Positions 48,175 through 63,635 of a DNA stretch of 64,000 nt are shown one piece after another. Source of the DNA: the human T2T-CHM13v2.0 reference genome, Homo sapiens; the NCBI RefSeq assembly GCF_009914755.1, contig NC_060925.1. One strand, 5' to 3'. The stretch's first letter is position 1. Each line of letters begins with the position of its first letter. A model generated the notes under the pieces. It was not told the origin of the DNA, did no database searches, and worked only from the letters and a program-made list of their open reading frames with translations. The position numbers and the translations under genes were made by a program.

Positions 48175-51100
48175 GTACTCTAACATCTATGTGTGATTTG
48201 AAGCTATAGTCTGGGTTATTTCTGCCATATCAGATTCGGCAGTTGTGTTGCAACTTGGTTCTTTTGCTGTACTATTTATACATTTTTCAAATTTCTATTT
48301 AAAATTAAAATACTTATATAGCTTTATTTTTAAAGAAAAGTAATAGCAATGGGTTTTGTTTGTTTGCTTGTTTGTTTGTTTTAACCTGTTTTCCTTCCCC
48401 CCAGTGAATTAATTTTTGGTTTTGGTGCTATGTAAGTAGAACCATTAAAATAAACATAAGCCTTAAAAAAATTTGTAACAAAAAACAATTTTAACATTTG
48501 AACTATGCTTTTGAAATCAGGTAGAGGATAATAAATTGCAATCATATTTTTCAACATTCATGTTCTTCTTTTTGCTTTCAAATGCACTTATCTTTAAATA
48601 AATCAATAAAAAACAATATTTGGACAAAAGAAAACAAATTACTTCTGTTTTTATAATGTCCATTAGATAATTTCTGCACCACTTATATTGACTTTTCAAT
48701 AGAAAAGACACTAAAATAAAACACAGTGAATGACAGATATTTACAATGAATCTACTCAGCACCACAATTTTATATTTGCACTCTTGATCTTAAATTTGCT
48801 GAAAATGTCAGAGTTCAATGGCACCTGATAGGAGGCGCCATGCCAAATATCACATGTAATCAATTGCATTTATTTTTCTGGAGATGTTTATAGTAACAGG
48901 GTAAGATAGTCAACATGTTTAAAAATAAAGAAAGTAAGATAAATTATAAAGAGTGGTTAGGTCTAGAACAGTGCCTGGGGGGGCGGTAGGGATTGAAATA
49001 TACTTGTTAAATGAATAAATGATTGAGTAGAAATCCAACTAAGTACAAACTCACATATACACTATATTAAGCCCTTTCATTTCTTACTGCCTGACCCTAG
49101 AATAGAAGTTATTTCAGACCAGGGAAGCAAGAAATCTGAAAAGGTTTTTATATACAATAGCATGAACCTTATGCTCTTCCCTACTTTGAAAAAAATTGAC
49201 AAGAGTGAATGTCTAGGTCCTCCGAGAATGAGTAAGAGTTTTTCACCCTCTGCCTGTGGCACACAGACAGCTTTCTTGGTGAAGCACTTGATCAACGGTG
49301 TGTGTGAGCTGTGAACGCCTGGGTTGCCCTGCTGAGAGCAGGGCACTCCGTCTGTTAAGGTTGTACGTTGCTGTCTGCAGGTTTTGTCAGCAGGAGCAGC
49401 GGAAAAAAAGCAAAAAGAAAATTCAACAGAGGTAATTCACAGGGGGGCGAAATGCACACATCAGTAAAGTGGAGGTGGCAGAGTGTTCCAGCATCCACTG
49501 GGAGCACTATCAGAAAAAATGAAAGTGCTACTTTGGATTGTAAGGAGCAGCATGGGGTGAACTCCACAAAGAGAGAAAATAACACAAATTGTCTACCTGT
49601 GATAAACTAGTCAAGTTCCTGGAGTAGTGGTTTCAGAACATCCTTGCTTCTCCTTTCTGGCCAATTGAATGCTTTTCAGGTGGGGGAGATTCAGAGCAGG
49701 GGTTGTATTTAGAGTAATCAAGTGTTTGAGGATAAAGCATTTGGAAATGTATAATGTGTGAGTGGTTATGGCCAGTGAACACTCACTTGGGCAAAGGCAA
49801 AGAGTAGAAAGAAAACTGCCTTTAAATACATATAAAGCATATTTTACTCTTCTAGACCTTTAAAACATGACAAGCGATTTTGGGCAATAAAAAGACTTTT
49901 TCATAGAGTCCTATACAATGTGGCATTTTGAAAGGTTGACATTCACCCCAAAGAGATTATAATAGACTATAATAAATTGCAACCCTTTGCCCTACTTTTA
50001 CAGCCTGATATCAGGCAGTGCTTTCCAAATCAGCAAGGAATTTGGTATTATTCACATAATTATCCTGCTTAAAAGACAAAAAAATAGGAACCAGAAGTCA
50101 AAGGTGGGGTTTCTGTCTTGTCTAATGAGAAAAACTTGGAGTTATTTAGCTTTGTGTGCCTTTGGAATAAACCATAACAAATAAAGATATACAGTTCCTT
50201 TTTATTTTTAAAAAGCAAGAGCTTCATTATTCATGCATTCATTTAGCACATACTATTGTGGATTTTGGTATTCTACGTTTTGCATGCCTCTAATACAAAA
50301 TCAAGTAAGAATGTCATTAAAATTTTAAAAAAGTATTATGAAACCTATCAACCACCTGACATTTAATTTAAATCAGACCTGCCATTCATTTTTAATAACA
50401 TTTATGAATCTCTGAGGTGGAAGAAATCAATACACATTTTTAGAAAAACAAAATCAGCAGGAAGTAGAAGACCCTCAGCAATACTTTGATTTTCTTCTGG
50501 AAAAGCAGCAAACGATGTTGTTTTGTTGTTCCTATTATCTAAATGCTCCTGAATTCCTTTAGTCATACAGCAGTATGTTGTTAGAGAAACATTTTTACTA
50601 AAAAGCTAAAGCCTTCAAAGTGATTGTTTGCTGTGATCCTTCCACATCTTTACCTCCCTCTCTATCTTTCTCTTTGTGCCTTCGATTGCCTAAAAAGACA
50701 AACAAACATGTATGAAAAAGACTCTACTTTTGTTTTTCCAAGACTAACAGGAATCAAGGAAGTGAAATACCACAGAATACAGGGAGCATCTGCTGGAGGG
50801 AGATAGGTAAGGGAAAAAGCCTACTCAAATAGAGACGAAAAGGGTTGCGAGGAAGAGAAAGTGTTTGACGTGGAAGGTGATTTTGAAATATATTCTAAAC
50901 CCTGAGGGTGACATGGATTGGCACGTATGAAAATAGAATTTTTATCTTAAGTGACCATAAGGTTGACTTCAATAACTAAAAAAAAAAAAAAAAAAAAAAA
51001 AAGATTTCTGAAGAAAATGGAGTTTTCCTGGCAAGAATGAAAACACTCTAAATAAAGTTTGTGGCAGATTGTTAATTATCAAAAGATAAATGTCCTGGAT

Positions 51101-51249
51101 GTTCAGAGAGTTAATAAATCAGAGTTCCATGTAGCTTTCATAATGTAGCTTCTTTATAATTGCATAGTGAACCGTTTTAAAAGTGGATTCCAACCTAAAT
51201 TCCTATTTGTATAGCCCACCACTCTCCCTGCCTGCCCTATTTTGTAGCT

Positions 51250-51462
51250 CAGGATTTCCCAACTTCAGCACAAGTAAATCTTGGATCAGATAATCGTTTA
51301 TTGTGAGGGGCTCTCCAGCACGCGGGGATATTTTGCGGCATGCCTGGCTTCTACACATTACATGCCAGGAGCGTCTCCTTGACACGGAAATAAAGAAGTG
51401 TCCAGACATTGCCAAATGTTTCCTGGAGGGGGAGCAAAATTGTTGCCCATTGAGAATCACTG
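51250..51462. mobile_element. MER20 (hAT-Charlie)
   Basis: cagataat, tccagacattgccaaatgt, and end ttgagaatcactg. Confidence 0.85.
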
Positions 51463-51735
51463 CTCCAACCTCAGTGAACTACTGAACTACTCCTGAACTA
51501 ATGGATTCCTTTTTATTTCCTGAACATACATGATGTTTCCCTACTCTGTGCTTTGCCCATTCTGTTTTCTATGCTTTCGAAGGTTCCCTACCTTTCTCTG
51601 TCTACTACAATTTATGCTTTTAAGCCCAAACCAAATGTAACTAACTCCCTGTGAAATTTCTTACATCCCAAAATAAATTTGCTTAGTCTTGAAATTATAT
51701 TATTACTCATAATAATTTCTATACTCTTAAAGCAT

Positions 51736-51816
51736 TGTGTGTGTGTATGTGTGTATATATATGTATATGTGTTTGTCTATATATGTATGTGTATATATAT
51801 GTATGTGTGTATATAT
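51736..51816 (+). repeat. (TG)/(TA) mixed microsatellite
   Basis: Seen directly. Confidence 0.88.
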
Positions 51817-51959
51817 TGTTTTCGTTCTGAGACAGAGTCTCACACTGTTGCCCAGGCTGGAGTACTGGAGTACAGTGGCATGATCTTGGCTCACTGAAAC
51901 CTCCTCCTCCTAGGTTCAAGCAATTCTTGTGTCAGCCTCCCGAGTAGCTGGGATTACAG
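51817..51959 (-). mobile_element. Alu right-arm fragment (S-like)
   Basis: gagacagagtctcac...gctgggattacag with an internal ctggagta tandem duplication. Confidence 0.88.
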
Positions 51960-52089
51960 TCTAATCCATTTTGGTACCCACATTTCCCAATATAAGATAT
52001 TATACCTAGTGACATTAAGAGTAACAACCACGCACACACACCGAAAAAACAAATAGCAAACACTGCTGTCTAAAGGTGCTATTCCAAAC

Positions 52090-52499
52090 TGTCTTAATCT
52101 GTTTAATGTTGCTATAAAGAAATACTAGAGTTTGAGTAATTTATCAGGAAAAAAAGGTTTATTTGGCTTACAATTCTGAGGGTTGGAAAGTTCAAGATTG
52201 GGCATCTGCATCTGTGAGAGCCTCAGGCTACATCCACTCACGGTGGAAGGTGAAAGGGAGTTGATTTTTGCAGAGATCATGTGGCAAGAGAGAAGAAAAG
52301 TAGGGGTGGGAAGGTGCCATGCTCTTTTTAACAATCAGATCTTGCATATAACATGAGAACCGACACACTCCCGAGGGAAAGCATTAAGCTATTCATTAAC
52401 CTATTCTACCCTCACGACCAAACACCCCCCATTAGGCCCCACATTCAAATCTCAACATGAGATTGGTGAGAACAAACAAACCATGTCTACACCATAGCA
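52090..52499 (-). mobile_element. MaLR solo LTR, MSTB-like
   Basis: tgtcttaatc...ttgctataaag...ggtttatttggctt...aagttcaagattgggcatctgcatctg...accatagca. Confidence 0.85.
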
Positions 52500-55400
52500 C
52501 AAGTACATGCTATGTACTTGCTTGTATTATCCTCACAATATCATCATGAAATATGAATTATTACTATTTTACAGGAACTGAAGCCTAACAGAAAGGACAT
52601 GGTTAGTTTGAACCCAGACAATATGACTTTGGACTTACATTTTTTAACCCCTATAAAATACCAACTTCCCAAGTGAAAGAATTAATAATCATAAAATTAA
52701 GTTTGTTAAGACTGTTAAATATTTTATTTGTATAATGGGAAGATGATTTGGTATTACCCCGTGTGAAGAAACAGGAAAATGTGCAGACTACAGGGATCCA
52801 GTTTAATATAATATAGGGAACCTAATAGATAAGAAAGATACAATCCCAGAGATAGCATAAATGAAGTCCACTTTGGGCATTTGGTTTAATTTAGGGGTTA
52901 GGGTTGACAATTAACAATAAAGAAGCAAAGATTGGTCACTAAACTTAAAGAAAATTGAAAAAAATTACCTGAATTTATAGAAAAGCCTTCTTTTATATAA
53001 AACACACAAAGTAAAGCAAATAGCTTTATTGTTTTGGTTCACATCAATTCTCATGCAAGGATTGGTGGTCTAAGGATGAAAGAAAATTATGGCTTTCCCA
53101 TCTCTATTCAACCTCTACAACATTTTATTTCTACAATAAAAGATATGGGAGTCCAAATATACATCCTAAATTACTCATTTTCTTTAGCAGAGTGCCTTAA
53201 AGCTCAGCTATAACAATGAGTAAAACAAATTTGAGAGTAGTAGATAGCTTTTTTCAACAAAGAGAAATCAAATAACACATTTTATAGATTCATTTATAAA
53301 TTCATTAAGATTCCTATATTCTTTAAAGATCACCTCTGCAATTTCAATAAGAAGCACAAAGCTCTTAGAACAAGCTTGTGTCTGTTTAAATATAACCTTG
53401 AAATTCTCAGCAGCTCTCCCATAGTCATACATGGTTGAGACTATCAAAATCTATTTGTCCCTTAGGTACCTTAATTTGCCAATAACATGATGTATGAGAA
53501 TCAATGAAATCATGTTACAAATGTGGAGTAGACTCAGAAGTTTCTTACAGATATGGAAAAATATCAAATTTAAGCTTTTCTGTGGCCATTTGAGAATAAG
53601 TGCTGCTGTTTTTAGTGCACTGAGGTTGAGCAAACTGAAAAAGGGATGCAAACATGGTTTTAAATTCATATACATTGTCAGTTGTCAGACTCTGGCTAGT
53701 GAGTAGGATGTACTAATTCAGCTATTGCTACATTAACGGTATCCTAATGTTCAATTGTTTAATTAGCCATAATGTATAATTTAATTATTTGAAAACAACT
53801 GAATAACACTTTATTCATTAAGCTAACACTGGCTTCTGGGACAGATAACCCCTTCTCTCCTGAGACAGTAGAGTAATAATAGGAGTATTTTTAGCTCATA
53901 TCCTAAACCAAGCTGGTGATCCTGGTTGGGTAGTCATCTATGTGGTAATTTAGTCACTGGGATCTTTTTAGATTGTGGTCTCCCCTTCCCTGTATCATCA
54001 CATTTGTTTATACTCAGTTAACGTTTTAGAAAAGAGAGTGAAAATCACTTGAGGAAGGTTTGTAGGTCACACACATCACAATGTGTACGTTTCATAGGTC
54101 AGAATTCGATGGCATGGCAACTCCAACCTGCAAGAAGGGCTAGGAAATGTAGTTAAAAGTTCTGAAGTTGAAAGAAAAGGGAACAGAGTTTGATAAACAC
54201 ACAGCATTCTCAGCCACGAGCATTATGAACAACAGGTTTATTAAATACTTAGCCATATGTATCATATATACATAGTTATTTTTATACATATGTAAACACA
54301 AGTACTTAAAGGTGTCTCTTCTTATATACCTCTCATTTTGACCATCCATCTATCTCAACCAAGTATTGATATTAGTCTAGTCATGTTGTTTCTGTAGGTT
54401 ATTCTGGTTTTTTGTGTAATCTTAGTCTGTGCTGATCTTTGCTCCCCTTTTTCAATGTCTTGCATCTTCCCTTATGTAACTGTCCTTGGTGGTTGTACTT
54501 CCAATAACTGTATTAGTCAAGTAACAGTACCTCATCTCACACTTTAGGTTTAACAAGAGATTTATTGGATTTTGGAATCCAACAAAGGTCGGAAACCTAA
54601 ACCTTGGAAAGGATAAAGACATGGCTGAACCTCAAAAACAAACAGAGCACAGGATTCTAAATCCACCAGGGCTCTATATCTAACCTATCTTTTCTTCTCT
54701 CTGAGTGTCAGATTCATTCTGTCTCTACAGAACAGCTGCTCAAATACGTCTGTAAATATTGTTTTTACATCTGAGGAAATCTACCACGGGAGAGAAACTC
54801 TTTCTTGATTTCAATTAAAAAATTCCACTTGGCTTAGTCATACACCCAACTCTGGATCAATCAAGGGCTTGTGGGAAGGTCACATAGGATAATAGCAGTT
54901 CTCGTAGGAATGAGATCCTTGTGAAATACGTGCAGCAGTTCCTTGAAGAAGTGAGGTGGGAGAAAAAGGTGATGACTGGGAGGTGGGAAGTGATGGTTTT
55001 AGAAACAAGAAGTGGTACTAGGAGGCAAAATAATAAATTTACTTCTGTAGAAACTCACAGATTTTCTCAGCAAAATTCTTAGTTCAGCTATTCTGTAAAA
55101 ATGTGAAGACCTTACTGGAAACTTACTTACTCTTTATTATTATATTTTATTTATTTTCTCCTTTCTATTTTCCTGGCTCTTTTAAAACATGATTTATTTC
55201 TTTTGTATTTTGTTTTGTTTCCTAAGTTATCCTTTTAGCCTCTTTGAAGCTCCAGGCAGTATACAATATTCTACTGCCCTTCACTGCTGTCTACCAACCT
55301 ATGTGATTCTTAGCATTATTATCTGAAGCTGCATTCTCCCTTTGACCACACAGTCCCTAAAAATATACCCTTATAGGTGGGCCTTCGAACATTTTTTAAT

Positions 55401-56289
55401 GTAACCAAATAGAAAGTATTTTACACATCGTGACTTAGTACGGACTCACGTATGTATACACATTATGTTTATATAGTTGAGAAAAGTTTTGTGGAAAATG
55501 CCTATCTTTATGGTTTGTAATGAACTCTCATATTTGTTTTAATATATTTCATTTGTAAATGCTGATCACAAGCACCTAAATTTGTTTCATGATCATCTCC
55601 TCTAGTTGACTCACTCTGGCCATCTAATCTCCTAGCGTATAAACTGTGTGGGGTACAGTGGCCAATGTCATCTACAGGCCCCAATGGCACCTGCTAAACA
55701 TGCAGATCTGATATTACCTAACCTGCTCCTCTTGGACGTCATAGAGTGTCTATGGCATCATCAACCCTAGAACCACTGGAGCATTCCATCATCAAGAACT
55801 GGAACGCCAAATTTCTGGGTTATAGTCTATCCACAAGAAGCTAGTGATTACAGCCAAAGTAAGTTTTAACACTTCCGGAATGAAGAGCTCTCTGAACCTG
55901 AGTTTTCTTATTTATAAAATAGTAGTAAAAATGATGCAGGGCCCTTCCCCAACAGAAACTAACCATCTACAATGTAAAAATCCTGAATAGTATGTCCTAA
56001 ACAGCATGGCAACAATCATGAATAAAGTACCACAAAGTAGCATGTGTGCACCCTACAATCTCCCTGCTTGGAGGGGTTACTTATTTCTCTACTGTTTTCC
56101 AGTAAATCTTCATTGTAAGTTGCTTAATCAAGACTTGATGAAATAATAAGACTTTACCAGGGAGAGGGGCAATGGGCAGTGGACATTCCAGACTAAATGA
56201 ACATCAGAACAAATAACAAGTCGTATTATCATGTTTTTCACTTTATACACATATCATTTGAGGACTCCTCAGATGGGATAATAACAGTA

Positions 56290-56520
56290 TAATAGTAATA
56301 ATAGCAATCACATACGCTACAGTGATAGAGTGCCAGCTATTCCACCTGCTTTATTTAATTCTCATGACAACCTTTGATATGGGTATGATAAATATTATTA
56401 TCCCTGTTTCGCAATGTAGTTAGGGCACGTTAATTTGCCCAAGGTCATACAACTAGAAGTTTTGGAATTAGAATTTAAACCCTGGTCTGTCTCATTCCCT
56501 GGTAGGATCTTTTAATCACA
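56290..56520 (-). mobile_element. MIR SINE
   Basis: tttaattctcatgacaacc...taatttgcccaaggtcatacaactag...atttaaaccctggtctgtct. Confidence 0.75.
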
Positions 56521-56671
56521 GACCTGTTCACTTTCTCAGCTCCCAGCCACCAGGCTATGATTCATCATTTCCAAAGTTGTTGCTACCGTAATCAATGATA
56601 CACATGTTTTGACTGTTACATAGAAATTTTTGCAAAGCAGCTCTTTTAGTTGTTAATCATGTTTCCTTCTG

Positions 56672-56910
56672 TAGCTGGATTGTCCAATATGGCAGCCATG
56701 GCTAATTAAATTTAAAGTAATTAAAACAAAGTAAAATTAAAAATACAATTGTTCATTTGTACCACCTATATTTCAAGTGCTTAATAGCCACACATGGCTT
56801 GTGGCTACCATCTTGGACAGGATACACGTGTGTGTGTGTGCATGCACACACACACACACACATACATGCATTTCCATTGTTATGGAAAGTTTCTAGGTGG
56901 GTTGCACTGA
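56672..56910. mobile_element. MER3-like hAT-Charlie relic with internal (TG)(CA) repeat
   Basis: atatttcaagtgcttaatagccacacatggcttgtggctaccatcttggacag. Confidence 0.75.
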
Positions 56911-59900
56911 AGAACACTTTGAGGCACAGACATTCAGACCATTACCTATGCTCCCTGAGTCAATTTAATATGATTTCATTCTATTTTATTCCCTCTCAGC
57001 TTCCTTAGTTCATACTCATGAAAATTAATTTCCTATATCCTGAGAAAATATCAGCTATTATAAATTTATATTTATATTTTTTGTATGTATTTCATTATTA
57101 GAGGTATTATAATTAATAAAAAGGAAAAATAAAACTAATTTCTAAAATTAATCAAACATTTATTTAATTTTGATTGTCACATTATAGCGCAGTTCCACTA
57201 AGTCATCAGAAATGAGGTTATTGTAAATGAACATCTTGGCTGTGTCTGTACAGCTTTGGTATGTTTGAGTCACTCATTCTTTCTTTATCTTTCATCAAAC
57301 TTGCACTGAGTGACAGGTTGACACAATGATTACATAAAAATATGATCAAGTAACCTTGGATCTCATAGGCATTACTAGAATGTGCCCTCAATGGGTTAGC
57401 ATTTTCATTGGCTTGTACTTTGCTATATCCCCATCATCATTTGGCATATAATAAAAATCTCCAAAATACATTTTTGAATGAGTGAATGAAATAATGTGGA
57501 TTAAAAAAAATGTATACATGTGTGCGTGTTTTAGCCATGAAAAATATGGTAAAAGAAGCTGGCCAAAATCCTAACTCCATTCCTTTTGCCCACTCCCTGT
57601 AGACATGGTTTTATTGTAATTCAATTTTAAGCAAAAAAATTTCTCGCATAAAAACTTCAAATAAATCTCAAACGTGTTACTTAGCTTCTGCTTTTCCTAA
57701 TAGGTTTAAAATGTAAGCTAAATTATAAATTGAAACAGCAGGCCTAAAATTAGATATGAATTCCTTTGTGGTACTGGCCATCATACTTCACATATCTGAT
57801 TCTGTAGAAGCATTATTGGAATTATGCCGGGGTGAACCCCAGATGTTCAAGCAACGCTCACTTTTCCAGGCAAAATTAAAATACAAACCCTTCATTCTGG
57901 CAGCCGAAATGCTTAAAGTTGGCATGAAGCCTCTCAGAGACTAATGAGAAAGACAAGAATGATAACACTACATCGAGATTCTATTTCATTATTCATCCCC
58001 TACTCTCTATGGAGGCTTTACAAACATTAGCTAATGCTCAGAAATATCCCTGGGAGGTAGTTTATCATTGATGTCTTTGTCTTGTACCGTGGAAACTGAG
58101 GCACAAGGAAATATGAAATTATTTGAGCAAGTTCATCTAAAAATATATCAACTGCAAAAGACTAGAAACCACATTTTAAAAAATGTCAAACTCTTGACAC
58201 AGTCTTTCTTAAAGTACTAAATATATACAGAATAAAATGTTGTAATAGCCAAACCATTTTTAGGTTTGGCTATTATTTTAGATCCTTATAATTTGATACA
58301 TACAGCTATACTGAAAGGAAGAAAAAGTTGTTTCTTAATTCCTCTTCCTTTGGGGAAAGTATGGTGATATAACCTGGGAATAATACTTCTTGTGTAATAC
58401 CCTAATGAATTGTTGGCATTAAAAATAATGCCCCAAATTATTGATAAGACCTTGGCATGCTCTCCAATTCACTGCGTGGCATTTCACCATGTTATTAAAT
58501 AATATTAAAATATAATGTTAACAATATAACAATATTCCACAACATAGCTATATTATAGTCTAGATAGTTGTTTATCATTTTTTGGATATGTAACTCTGAC
58601 AATATTTACTAATTTAAATAATGCTTCAGTGACTAACCTTGTATATAAATCTATTCTACTCTCCAATTATTTGTCATATAGCAGATTCCTTGAACCGAAT
58701 GCAAAGGGCATGATTCAAAAGAGAGAAATTATTAACACTCTTTCAATATTGCTAATTTTCCCTTCTAAAAGGTAGTATCAATTTACTCACCCATTAACAA
58801 CACAATTGGGTTTACTTTGAGGCACTTTCTCCAAACCTGAGTATAAATATTTTTCAAGCAAATATTTCTAAATTTTAAAGATAAACATTTGTATATCACA
58901 GATTGATGTGTGACTGAGTGTGGATATTTAACAAATGTTTAATACCTCCTTTCATTTTACCTTTAAAGAACAACTCTAAAACAAGCCTAAAGCAAATACT
59001 GGAATAATTATGTACTTGTTAAAAGAAATGAACTGTTATTAAACTACTGTACTAGTTAAATGTTATGAGGATAATTATAATAATGGACTTTTAACATTTT
59101 TTATTTTATTTGTAAAATATGTGTGCTATTCATTGACATCTATGAGGTGTCTTCAAGTATAGAAATTACGTCACTGGACCTCTTTTGGGATGTCATGGTA
59201 ATAGAAGGAATACTCAGTAGGAGTCCAATACTCAGTAGATGTCCAAAATATCACATACCTATGAATTCTGGGTATGTGATTTGGTATGCTGTCAGATTTT
59301 AATCAGATAGTTTAAAATTTTTATACTTTCAAATGTTTAATTGAACAAATTATAAATTATTTATGACAGTACTCCTATGAAGTAGATGTTATAACACCTA
59401 CCTCGTAAGACTACTGTCATAAATAAATGGGCAACATATGAAGAGGTACCAGGCATGTGTGGCACACAGTAGCCGCTCAATAAATATAAGACATTTTCCT
59501 CTTGTCATGGATTTATTTAACTTCAATAAGGCTTTGAGCTGTTTTCCCAGTGGAACTAATAAGTTTTTCATTATTCCATCAAGTATCTCTAATCAGTTAA
59601 TCTCATTAGCACAATAAACAAATTATTTCTAAGACAGTTTGCTAAAGCCTAGAATCCTATGTAGAACCATGGAACATATCAAAGCCAGTCCTCTGATACA
59701 AGAATTGCACATCTACCTATCTTTGAGAAAATCATATGCTAGCCAACTAAGCCATCCAATTAGAATCACTCCAGTGGATTTCAATTATAATTACTCATTC
59801 AACAATTTTCTGACTTAGACTTCTATATCCATCTCTCTAAGATCTCTCCATCTAGCTCTTTTTGGGAAAGCAATTCAGTAAGAATAAATGAACCAGTTTT

Positions 59901-60327
59901 TACTATTTAATTTATTATTGATTTTTTGCTTAATTTATCATGTGACAAATATTTAGCACTGTATTGAAAAAATTCATCTGTAATTTCTTTCTTTTTGTAG
60001 ACATCCTGTAGCTCTTTACATCTTAAGATACGGCTACGTATTTTAACTGTCTCTAGGTGTATGTTGATAAAGACACTATAGGACTGCTAACTTGTACCAC
60101 TATATCTATACCTCTGAGAGTAATAGAATTCTTGGTGGGGGGCACATGGCACTGAGAATAAATAATATGCTTTATTTAAGATACTCTGATTTGGGGTGTT
60201 TGGCAACTCACAACAGAATCTAATTCTAATTTATCAGTCATCTGAAGAATATAATTGTTAAGTGTATTTTAAATTCATTCTACATATATCAGTTTTTAAC
60301 TACTAAACACAATATTCAAATCAAAAA

Positions 60328-61656
<1,329 letters not shown>

Positions 61657-61934
61657 TCAAATCGGATTCGTTAGCCATTTGTTGATTGTTAGAAGTTCTA
61701 TGGCTTGTTTCTGCAACTGAGAAACATTAGCTCTGATCTCTATGCCAAGCAATAATTTTTAATTGCATAACAACATTCTGTCCACCAAAAATTCTCACAA
61801 AGTCTCATGATCAGTTACTCCTCACAAACTTTTCTAATATAGTTAGTTAGAATTCTCTGTGTCTATAACCTAGTAGAAGGTATTGAATGGGAGAATTTGG
61901 CTTAGGATTTATGATGTATTCTACAATCTTCAGA

Positions 61935-62100
61935 GAGCTTTGCAATCATTGTCCACTTAATGAACACAATAGCCATGTAATGTAGGTAAGTATTATTATC
62001 CCACAATTGAGTAAAATGAGAGGTTCAGTGTCTTGCCTTGGGTGACAGAGTTAGCACGTAACAAATTAGAGATTAAGATTTGAAAATTTCTGACCCTCCA
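61935..62100 (-). mobile_element. MIR SINE
   Basis: taggtaagtattattatccc...tgagaggttcagtgtcttgcc...gacagag. Confidence 0.6.
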
Positions 62101-63469
62101 TGTGTTGTATTTTTTTCCATTCTCTAAAAAGCAACTACATTCTATTCTGGAAGAAGTTTAATTTCTGTAGAGGTTAAAATTATTCCTGAATATGAATTTT
62201 TAAATATATTTTAGGCCTTTGAATTATCTATTTTATGGAACCCATATTGCATTCGCATGTAGTTTAAACCTTCCAATATTAACTGATACACATAATCCAA
62301 AATGAATAATTCATTCATTCAACAAAAGTATTACAGATGCTTAATAATACCATAAAATAGCTGGTGCTAAGGCTAAAAAGAGTCAATAAGCCAAGGTTCC
62401 TACCTTCAGTAACTTCTTTGTCATTAATACTTTATGTTATAAAGAAACATAAATATTAATAAAATATGTATATTTCACATATATGTTTAATATCCCCAAA
62501 ATAATAATTTATGCTAGAGAAAATTCAAGTAATCTTTAAAACCTATCCAACTTAATCAACATGCTATGTTTATTTTGCTTTAGATATAAAGGAGCTTTCA
62601 AGTCCAGTTCACTGTAGTTAATAAACCAATATAAAATTGCAAAGACATCAGGTTTATCCATAGTTACACAAGTTAAATTGAGAAAAATTTTATTAAAATA
62701 GTGTTTTACAAAATATAGAGTTTAGTTCCAGGCAAGAAATTATTTAAACACAAAAAAACTTCAAGTCAAAGAGTGTTTTGTATGACTATATATAAACACT
62801 AAACTTGTGTTCCCTAAAATGTGATGTTTTCTTTGTGTGGGAAGAATTAATTCACTTTGTCTCTACGCTACAAAGGAGTGAATGTCACAGGAGAAAAGGC
62901 TTGAATTATTATAATCCCTAAGAGAAGTTATTGTAGATGATATTGGATAAGATGATTTCTAAAGGACCAATACCGTGTAACGAGGGAGTGGAATAGCCTA
63001 ATGAATTTTGAGGCGCCTTATGCAATTAATGGCTTGAAGTGCTGTCTTCTGCTGTCTTTCTTATTGTTGATATTAACTTTGTTAAAATTATTTATTTGCT
63101 TTGTCTTTAAATAGATTCTTAACCAGTAAAGCTTCCATTCTTCAATACATGCACAAAATCTTCCAATTTTAGGGTGTCATTTGAGAATGACAGCAGCAAT
63201 TTTTTTAATGCAATGAAAATCTCACAAATATCAGGATTGTTCAACAGAGTAGGAGTCCAATTGCTTTCCTAAGACTTTGTATTGGAAACCAAAAAATTCT
63301 AAAATAAAATGTTTTAGTTCATTTTTAGCTCACAAATACATGGCTTGTCTTTTGTGATAATCACAAGAGAACTTTTTAAAAAATGAATATACACAATACA
63401 TTTATCTAGTATATTTTTTTAAAAAGCTAGGTAATTTTCCAGACATTTTAAATGTATATTTCTTCAATT

Positions 63470-63635
63470 ACGATACTTGTTATGTTATCCCTCTGAGGTC
63501 GGTAAGCACAACAGTCTTATTCTGGTATTACTGATAAGATGAAGGCAGACAGGGCTCAGATGACATATTTATTACAGCAGAGGAAATTAATGACAGCTCT
63601 AGGATCAAACTCAGAAGCTCTGGCTCACTTACCAA
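63470..63635 (-). mobile_element. MIR SINE
   Basis: ctctgaggtcggta...gatgaaggcagacagggctcaga...aggatcaaactcag. Confidence 0.5.
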
